From a virus, in the IMG/VR virus record IMGVR_UViG_3300042922_000600, positions 1-64,000 of that record: a DNA stretch of 64,000 bases; one strand, 5' to 3'. Below are positions 57,393-64,000 of this stretch, piece by piece. The stretch's first letter is position 1. Each line of letters begins with the position of its first letter. The notes under the pieces were generated by a model, which was not told where the DNA came from, did no database searches, and saw nothing but the letters and a program-made list of their open reading frames with translations. A program made the translations under genes and the position numbers.

Positions 57393-57473
57393 GCATTGTA
57401 AAATAAAAGTACAGTATAGAGCCTATTTTTATTTTACGGAACGTAGGTAATTTGTTAGGGAGGGAATTGGTCT

Positions 57474-57635
57474 ATGAAAAGACTTATCACAGTACTAAAA
57501 AAGACAAGACATATTTTATGGGGTAACTTTGTAATCATCACTGAAAAGGATGGCAAAGTTAGTGCCGATGGGATAATGCCTGCAAATAGACTTAAATTAG
57601 TCATTAATCAATTTAACCAACAACTTAATTCCTAA
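57474..57635 (+). CDS. 53-aa hypothetical protein (not in ORF track)
   Basis: GGGAGGG RBS; MKRLITVLKKTRHILWG... Confidence 0.5.
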   Translation: MKRLITVLKKTRHILWGNFVIITEKDGKVSADGIMPANRLKLVINQFNQQLNS

Positions 57636-57698
57636 CCAAAACACTTTAAACACTTTCCAAACTAAAAAAACTTAAAACAAGAAAGGTGGAAATTATTT

Positions 57699-58364
57699 AT
57701 GGCAGGTTTTAAAGGTATTGATGCAATTAAAGGGGCAATTGACAATTTTGCCACGGGTTCAAATGTCGGATTTTTTGGGTTAAAGGATGATGGGGACAGA
57801 GCAGATGTTCAATTCCTACATAAAGATGCAGATGACCTAAACGTACTACTTACGCACCAAATAGAGGTGGACGGAAAGAAGAGATATGTGGAGTGCCTGA
57901 AGATGTACGAGAAACCTTGTGCAATGTGTGAGCAAGGTAGCAAGACATCGCTTAGACTATTCTTATATCTATTAAGCTGGAGACCGGACGAAAAAGGAAG
58001 AGTTCCAAAAGAACCAAAGGTAGAGTTATGGGATAGAGGTAAAGACGTAATAAATCGTATCCTTAACTTAATAGGCAAGAAAAAGGACTTAAGAAAGCAT
58101 GTGTATGAGGTTGTTAGAAATGGAAAGGCTGGAGATACTGGAACTTCCTATGACATTGACCCATATGATGAAAGTGAATTATTAGTACCAATTGAGAAAT
58201 TACCAGAGCGCCCAGATATATATGAATTTGTGCTGAAAAAGAATTATGATGAAATGGTTGCACTGCTAAAAAGTGGTGCAGGAGCGGCAAGCTCAACTCC
58301 AACAAAAAGACAGGGCGCAACTAATAGGTTTACGCCAATTGATGATGACGACATACCATTTTAA
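57699..58364 (+). CDS. ssb: single-stranded DNA-binding protein (gp32-like)
   Basis: FF.LKDDGD, H..C..C..C zinc site, RNGKAGDTGTSY, acidic DDDDIPF tail. Confidence 0.82.
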   Translation: MAGFKGIDAIKGAIDNFATGSNVGFFGLKDDGDRADVQFLHKDADDLNVLLTHQIEVDGKKRYVECLKMYEKPCAMCEQGSKTSLRLFLYLLSWRPDEKGRVPKEPKVELWDRGKDVINRILNLIGKKKDLRKHVYEVVRNGKAGDTGTSYDIDPYDESELLVPIEKLPERPDIYEFVLKKNYDEMVALLKSGAGAASSTPTKRQGATNRFTPIDDDDIPF

Positions 58365-58471
58365 CTAGAGCTAGATAAGGGGGGTGGAATTTAATATTCC
58401 ATCCTTTTTTATGTTACAATACAAATTGAAACCTTTTATACTGCATTGTATACTAATTGGAGGTGGAAGAT

Positions 58472-58561
58472 ATGAAATGTGCATACAAGATAGCCTACGG
58501 TTGTGGTAGCTGTGGCGGAAGAAGAGACTGCCCATACGCGAACAGAAAGAAAGGATGGTAG
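58472..58561 (+). CDS. 29-aa Cys-rich peptide upstream of polymerase (not in ORF track)
   Basis: GGAGGTGG RBS after promoter GTTACA-N18-TATACT (58413); MKCAYKIAYGCGSCGGRRDCPY... Confidence 0.45.
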   Translation: MKCAYKIAYGCGSCGGRRDCPYANRKKGW

Positions 58562-58564
58562 AGA

Positions 58565-60985
58565 TTGAAACGTAATTTACTTTTTGGGGTTGACAATAAT
58601 TTAAAGAGGGATGTAATAAATCCAAAAGAAATAAATAAAATTATATCCTCCATGACTGAGAAAAGGACAGTTAAGAAGTCCGGAGCCGGAAAAAGTATTG
58701 GTAAGATAAAACAGACGGTTTCCATACTTGTGGATGAGTTTAAGAAAAAGCACCCAAACTTACTTTCAGAGTGGCCGAGTAATTACATATTAGTGGACAC
58801 AGACGAGAAGTTGGATAGACTACTTCGCTCCATTGAGGAGTGCAGAAGATTTTCGTATGACACAGAAACTATGGGCCTAAAGATATGGCATGGCGATAAC
58901 ATAGTAGGGATGTCTTTTTATACGCCCTGTGATGGTAATGCCTGGTATATACCAATACATCATCTTGACTGTGTAGAACCTGTGGAGGGTAAGCAATTAC
59001 CTGTGGAGTTTATAAAAGAAAATATGGCACCTGTTATGCGGAAGAAAAGAGAAGAATCCCTTGCGTACAGTATGCGAACTTTAAACAGTATTGACGACAT
59101 AGACATGTCCGAGGAATACTGTGGTGTTGTAACATTCAATGGTAAGTTTGACAGCCATGTGGTTTGGATAAATTTAGGCATTGAAATGCCGGATATTGCG
59201 TTTGAGGGATATTTAGCATCAAGGGTATTAAATGAAAATGAACCAGTAAATAAATTGAAGCCCTTGTGCAATAAATGGCTCAAACAGTACCAACAAAATC
59301 CGTTAGACAAATTTGATGAGATATTTGAAAAGACGCCATGTGCCTACTTTCCAATATGGATGGTTGGTTATTATGCATGCAAAGACGCCATACTTCATTG
59401 GGAATGGATGGAATTTGCGGAGAGCCACATAAAGAAGAGACCCGGCCTTGCTGAGTCCTACTATGTAATACAGTTGCAGGTTATGCCATCAGTAATTGCG
59501 GCAGAGCGTAGAGGTATGTTGCTGGATGTAGACAGAGTAAACGCAAACAAGGAAGAATTTGAGGGATACAAGGTTGCTATTGAGAAAACAATAAAAACTC
59601 AATTACAGGAATTGATGGATAAATTCCTGGACGATAACCCTCATGTGCAGGTTGTTAATGTCCCGCCCAGCACAAAGAATGGTAAAGCCAAGGTATTTGA
59701 CAGGAACACTTTAAGGACATCTTTTATAGCCGGATTGAACATAAACAGCCCTCCACAGTTGGGTGACTTATTTTTCTCAATATGGGGTTGGCCAACTACT
59801 AAGAAGGACGGCAAGGCTACAAATGAGAAGGTTATGCAAAGGCTCGCTAAACAATTTTCAGTATGTAAAAGCATCTTAGCATACAGAACAGTTAAGAAAA
59901 TGATAGGAACTTACTGTGATGGCTTATTAGAATCAATTAGCCCCGTTGACGGTAGAGTTCATACTTCCTTTAACCCTTATAAGGCAGTTACCAACAGGTT
60001 CTCAAGTTCCGACCCCAATCTACAGAATATCCCTTCTAAGTCAAAGAAATTATTAATAGAGGGGCAGGAAGTTAAGGTCGATTTTGGTAAGAAGATAAGA
60101 CGTTGCTTTATTGCAGAGGAAGGAAATGTCCTATGCTCCACTGACTACTCACAGATAGAGCCACGTATTCTAGCAGTGTTATCCGGAGATGAGACGATGC
60201 TTGACGCATATAGGAATGCCAAGGACGTGTACGTGCAACAGGCAGTATTGTTCTTTCCCGGACACCCGGAACAGGAGTATTTAGACAATGACGATACAGG
60301 GTATAAAAGCCCATGGAGAGGTAAGGTTAAGGCAATAGTCCTTGGACTTAACTATGGTATGACAGAAGTTGGACTTGCTGAGGGACTGGACTGTACTGAG
60401 ACAGAGGCTAAACGAGAGATTGAAAGATACTTTGACACATTTCCTGCAATTAAAAAGTTCACTCAAAGTGTGCTGGACTTTGCATATGAAAATGGATATG
60501 TGGAGATGTTGTACCACACAAAAAGAAGACTTCCTGATTTGCATGATAGCCGTGCATGGATTCGCTCAGACGCAGAGAGACAGTGCGTAAACTCTATAAT
60601 GCAGGGCTCTAGTGCTGAGATAACTAAAAGAGCTATGGCATTTATATATGCAAACCAGCGTCTAAGAGAATTGTGCGTAACTCTTATATCCACTGTTCAT
60701 GATGAGGTTATTACTTCCATACCAAAAGATAATTTGATGGAGGCTATACCAATTATTAAGCAGTGTATGATTGATGCATGTAGTAGACTTACTGAAAGAG
60801 GCGGTATAGTTATAAAAGTAGATGCTGAAGTAAGTGAGCAGTGGTATGGACCAGTATATCATTGGGAAGGGCATGAGGAAGTCGGAGAGGACAATGAAAA
60901 ACTAATTCTTGAGGAACTGGACGATGATTTAGGTGAAGAAGAGACAGAAGTGCAAGATGAATACGAAGAGAGTGTATTTGCATAA
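58565..60985 (+). CDS. polA: DNA polymerase family A with 3'-5' exonuclease
   Basis: Exo YDTET, FNGKFD, YACKD; RFSSSDPNLQNIP; motif A DYSQIEPR; motif B KAIVLGLNYG; motif C VHDE. Confidence 0.93.
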   Translation: MKRNLLFGVDNNLKRDVINPKEINKIISSMTEKRTVKKSGAGKSIGKIKQTVSILVDEFKKKHPNLLSEWPSNYILVDTDEKLDRLLRSIEECRRFSYDTETMGLKIWHGDNIVGMSFYTPCDGNAWYIPIHHLDCVEPVEGKQLPVEFIKENMAPVMRKKREESLAYSMRTLNSIDDIDMSEEYCGVVTFNGKFDSHVVWINLGIEMPDIAFEGYLASRVLNENEPVNKLKPLCNKWLKQYQQNPLDKFDEIFEKTPCAYFPIWMVGYYACKDAILHWEWMEFAESHIKKRPGLAESYYVIQLQVMPSVIAAERRGMLLDVDRVNANKEEFEGYKVAIEKTIKTQLQELMDKFLDDNPHVQVVNVPPSTKNGKAKVFDRNTLRTSFIAGLNINSPPQLGDLFFSIWGWPTTKKDGKATNEKVMQRLAKQFSVCKSILAYRTVKKMIGTYCDGLLESISPVDGRVHTSFNPYKAVTNRFSSSDPNLQNIPSKSKKLLIEGQEVKVDFGKKIRRCFIAEEGNVLCSTDYSQIEPRILAVLSGDETMLDAYRNAKDVYVQQAVLFFPGHPEQEYLDNDDTGYKSPWRGKVKAIVLGLNYGMTEVGLAEGLDCTETEAKREIERYFDTFPAIKKFTQSVLDFAYENGYVEMLYHTKRRLPDLHDSRAWIRSDAERQCVNSIMQGSSAEITKRAMAFIYANQRLRELCVTLISTVHDEVITSIPKDNLMEAIPIIKQCMIDACSRLTERGGIVIKVDAEVSEQWYGPVYHWEGHEEVGEDNEKLILEELDDDLGEEETEVQDEYEESVFA

Positions 60986-60995
60986 AAATATTATA

Positions 60996-61046
60996 GTATA
61001 AATGTACTGCACCCCCATAAAAAGGGCTATAATGGTAGAATTAAGG
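60996..61046 (+). promoter_or_regulatory. Bipartite dispersed motif copy
   Basis: GTATAAATGTACTGC (60996) and GGTAGAATTAAGG (61034), offset 38. Confidence 0.6.
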
Positions 61047-61098
61047 TACTTATTTTGGGGGTGTACTGCACAGTATAAAATAAAAATGGAGGTAAGTT

Positions 61099-61383
61099 AT
61101 GGAAATAGCCGTAAAGCAGATAATTGAAGAGCATGACAAGTTGGAAATGGACATTAAAGAGATTGAAAGAGGTTTGGTATCATTACGAGGTCAGGATTGG
61201 CAAAATGGTGCAACAAAGGATGAAAGGCTCCCTGTTAAAATCCTACTAGCCACATTAAATGATATGTATGTAGCAAGAGAGAAATTGTTAAACCACACAG
61301 TTTGTGATTTTTCATTTGAGGGCCCGTTTAAGAAATTTGAACCAGAGGAGGGAAAGTCTAATGAGTTTATACCAGAAATATAG
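61099..61383 (+). CDS. hypothetical protein
   Basis: GGAGG RBS. Confidence 0.65.
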   Translation: MEIAVKQIIEEHDKLEMDIKEIERGLVSLRGQDWQNGATKDERLPVKILLATLNDMYVAREKLLNHTVCDFSFEGPFKKFEPEEGKSNEFIPEI

Positions 61384-62386
61384 ACCTCAAGTATTTGAGG
61401 ACGTTTGTGGACAGGACCATGTTAAAATTATACTGCAAAATCAAATTAAGAATGATGAGATAAGCCACTCCTATTTATTCACAGGAACACGTGGAATAGG
61501 TAAAACAACTACGGCTAGAATCTTAGCTAGAATGGTAAATGAGGACGGAGTTCTTACACGTCAGGAACTAGACATGAATATAATTGAGATAGATGGGGCA
61601 TCTAATAATGGTGTGGAGAATATTAGAAATATAAGGCAGGAAGTTAATCACAGACCAAGCAAGGGTAAGTTTAAGATTTACATAATAGACGAGGTTCATA
61701 TGTTGAGTACAGGCGCATTTAATGCCCTGCTGAAGACTTTGGAAGAGCCACCTGCACACATAATATTCATGTTGTGTACGACAGACCCACAGAAGATTCC
61801 AGCGACTATACTCTCCAGATGCCAACGCTTTGATTTACAGCGTTTTGATGTTAAGGACCTATTTGGACGTGTGAAGTACATTGCCGGACAAGAGGGTATC
61901 GAAATGGAAGATACTGCTCTTATGTATATTGCTAAAATGGGTAAGGGTAGTATGAGGGATGCTATTAGTATATTTGACCAGGTTAGGAACTATAAGGAAG
62001 GTATAACATACTCTGACATACTTAAAATATTGGGTAGTGTTGGAATGGATACTATTTTGGGTGTTATGAATAATATAGACAATCCACCAGAGTTACTTAA
62101 GCAGTTAAAGTCGATATATTATAGTGGTGTGGACATGAGACAATTTATAAAGGACTTATTTAACTACTGCAACGACTGTCTGATTTACAGCAAACTGGGT
62201 GAGGAGTCACTTGAGTATATCAATTCAAGTCCCGAGAACTTAGCAGACATTAAAAGGCACTCAACTATAGTGGACTTCAAGTTCCTAGAGGCTTTGCAGG
62301 AATTGGATAATGAATTAAGATATAGCGATAATGAGTATCTTTTGATACAAAATGAATTACTCAAATTAGGCTTGGGGAGAAATTAA
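61361..62386 (+). CDS. dnaX: DNA polymerase III gamma/tau-like clamp loader ATPase
   Basis: LYQKYRPQ.FEDV.GQ, GTRGIGKTT, EIDGASN, IIDEVHML, NALLKTLEEPP, SRC, GSMRDA. Confidence 0.92.
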   Translation: MSLYQKYRPQVFEDVCGQDHVKIILQNQIKNDEISHSYLFTGTRGIGKTTTARILARMVNEDGVLTRQELDMNIIEIDGASNNGVENIRNIRQEVNHRPSKGKFKIYIIDEVHMLSTGAFNALLKTLEEPPAHIIFMLCTTDPQKIPATILSRCQRFDLQRFDVKDLFGRVKYIAGQEGIEMEDTALMYIAKMGKGSMRDAISIFDQVRNYKEGITYSDILKILGSVGMDTILGVMNNIDNPPELLKQLKSIYYSGVDMRQFIKDLFNYCNDCLIYSKLGEESLEYINSSPENLADIKRHSTIVDFKFLEALQELDNELRYSDNEYLLIQNELLKLGLGRN

Positions 62387-62388
62387 AC

Positions 62389-62604
62389 ATGTTATTTATG
62401 GCTTGGATTGCTACAATTGGTAGCATAATTGGGAATGTAGGTGTCATATACAAAAGATTATGGGGCATGTGGATTTGGATGATAGCCGGGCTAATTTGGG
62501 TACTTTACAGTATTATAAGAAGAGACTATGCTCAATTGGCTATGTATATATTCTATACCGGATTAAATGTGTGGGGTATAATACAGTGGAGTAAAAAACA
62601 GTAA
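62389..62604 (+). CDS. half-size PnuC-like membrane protein
   Basis: 3 TM; W.AT..S..G...K..W..W....W...Y...Y...N.WG..QW.K. Confidence 0.6.
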   Translation: MLFMAWIATIGSIIGNVGVIYKRLWGMWIWMIAGLIWVLYSIIRRDYAQLAMYIFYTGLNVWGIIQWSKKQ

Positions 62605-62624
62605 TCTATGGAGGGATACGAAGA

Positions 62625-62807
62625 ATGAAATCCATATTTAAGAAATTAGTAAATGCTCTGGGTTGGATGTTTAGCTTGCCAACAGGCGTGAGGATACCAT
62701 ACAGCTACATGAGGGGACACAGTTCCGCTCCTATGTATTACTTTAATAAGAAAGGTGGAACAGAAATTGATAGGTCAGTCGGAAATGAAACAACTGGTTC
62801 TAAATAA
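62625..62807 (+). CDS. hypothetical protein
   Basis: GGAGG RBS. Confidence 0.45.
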   Translation: MKSIFKKLVNALGWMFSLPTGVRIPYSYMRGHSSAPMYYFNKKGGTEIDRSVGNETTGSK

Positions 62808-63609
62808 TGATAAACCCTGTATTGTTGTGGGTAAGAAAGGCATGGGAAAGTTAACCCTTGCCTTGGAATGCTATCCATCTTCCACTGTAATTGGGGATGG
62901 TGTGGAAAGAATAAAGGTTGACCAGATTAGACAAATACTAGAGCAGGTTGTTAATATGAGCTCTCAGGAGTACATAATTAGGAATGCAGATAATTTAACA
63001 GTTCAAAGTCAAAATGCACTGCTTAAAGTATTGGAGGAGTGCCCGGAACACGTAAGATTTTTGATATTGTGTGAGGACCCAAGTAAGGTGCTTACCACCA
63101 TTAAGAGTAGGTGTAACTTATTTAAAATGAAGTTATACACGGATGACGAGATTGAAGAGTACGTAAAATTGAATTACCCAAACATTAAAAAGTACCGAAT
63201 GCTACAGAACTACTGCAAGGGTGTTCTTGGAACTGTGGATAGGATAGCAGGTAAGCTGTTTGTTGATATTAGAAATGTTGCCACTAAGATTATATTTAAC
63301 TTACCAAAGACGTCGGTTGGGAACATATTTAACATTATTGAGCATGTAAAGCCAATCGAAGAGAACTTGAGCTTGCTACTGGACACCATGATTGTTATAT
63401 ATACAGATTTGCACTTTGTAAAAATAGGTGCTGAGGAGTTTATAACGGACATTGCTCTTTTAGACAAGTATAAGGAGTTCGATATAACACCTGAGCAGGC
63501 GTACAAAAATGTTAAAATACTGGACTCCTATAAGAGAAAGATGGGTGTTCCTGTTAACTTCACAATGTTTGTTGACACATTGATGCTTAGGTTGAGGGGA
63601 GTGATTTAA
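62755..63609 (+). CDS. holB: clamp loader delta-prime subunit-like
   Basis: GKKGMGK, IKVDQIR, AD.LT..SQNALLKVLEE, LTTIKSRC. Confidence 0.85.
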   Translation: MEQKLIGQSEMKQLVLNNDKPCIVVGKKGMGKLTLALECYPSSTVIGDGVERIKVDQIRQILEQVVNMSSQEYIIRNADNLTVQSQNALLKVLEECPEHVRFLILCEDPSKVLTTIKSRCNLFKMKLYTDDEIEEYVKLNYPNIKKYRMLQNYCKGVLGTVDRIAGKLFVDIRNVATKIIFNLPKTSVGNIFNIIEHVKPIEENLSLLLDTMIVIYTDLHFVKIGAEEFITDIALLDKYKEFDITPEQAYKNVKILDSYKRKMGVPVNFTMFVDTLMLRLRGVI

Positions 63610-64000
63610 TGAATAAATTTCTTGAGAGTGTAAACAAAGGTAGCAATGGAAATTACTTTGTCTTTGCCGGAGAAGAGAGAGAAATGATGAAGAACTGCAT
63701 TAAAGTATTGCAGGATAAGACGGATTCGGAATTGCTTAGGTTTGAGGAGTATGATGTAAACAATATACAGAAACTAATCCTTAACCGAGGGCTGTTTGGG
63801 AAGAAAACTATCCTAGTAGTTGACAACCCCTCATTTGTTTCGGAGCTTATAAAGGTCATTAAACCCACCGTTAATTACTTAATAGTAATAACAAGTAAGT
63901 GCTCCAACCTTCCTGTAGGGGTAGAATTAGTGGAGTTTAAGCAACTTACAGCGGGGGAGCTCGTAGCATATACACAAAGTAATTTAAAAATAACCAAAGC
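63609..64000 (+). CDS. holA: clamp loader delta subunit-like (runs off window; not in ORF track)
   Basis: TAATG coupling to holB; YFVFAGEE and GLFGKKTILVVDN resemble HolA Y...GEE and SLF..K.LVVV. Confidence 0.6.
   Translation, partial: MNKFLESVNKGSNGNYFVFAGEEREMMKNCIKVLQDKTDSELLRFEEYDVNNIQKLILNRGLFGKKTILVVDNPSFVSELIKVIKPTVNYLIVITSKCSNLPVGVELVEFKQLTAGELVAYTQSNLKITK

Noticed and set aside
2755-63868. Numerous minus-strand ORFs in the track
   Set aside because: Antisense shadows of well-supported + strand genes; no motifs or RBS.
2489-64000. Alternative genetic code, introns or inteins
   Set aside because: Core genes are full length under the standard code, TAA/TAG/TGA all act as stops, and terL, polA, dnaB and the SNF2 helicase show no obvious insertions.

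Overview
The window is about 64 kb of a large tailed dsDNA phage or phage-plasmid genome. Its host is probably a Firmicute, most likely Clostridia, inferred from GGAGG Shine-Dalgarno sites, sigmaA-type promoters and gene families. All credible genes are on the + strand. Layout: (1) 1-2400 is a non-coding, repeat-rich control region containing a dense, phased array of 25 DnaA boxes (1294-1735). (2) 2.5-14.9 kb holds early/accessory small ORFs, many Cys-rich, including ASCH/DUF3850, an ART/KptA-like domain, an ATP-dependent ligase, DUF932, YkgJ and CYTH genes, plus a tRNA-like ncRNA at 8335-8460. (3) 15-45 kb is siphovirus morphogenesis: terminase, PBSX-type portal, split XkdF-type protease, capsid, Ig-decorated tail tube, frameshifted chaperone, tape measure, and a long tail-tip/adhesin module. 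(4) 45.1-46.5 kb is lysis. (5) 46.7-64 kb is a near-autonomous replication module: SNF2 helicase, initiator with internal iterons, DnaC-like loader, DnaB, primase, sigma factor, SSB, family-A polymerase and a bacterial-type DnaX/delta'/delta clamp loader. The best candidate for a new system is the DnaA-box array in a phage that already has its own iteron origin and replisome, which may be a DNA sponge titrating host DnaA or a second, DnaA-dependent plasmid-state origin. Other strong leads are a dispersed bipartite intergenic motif, a tRNA-mimic RNA and a split prohead protease. All protein calls come from motif recognition by eye; no database searches were run.
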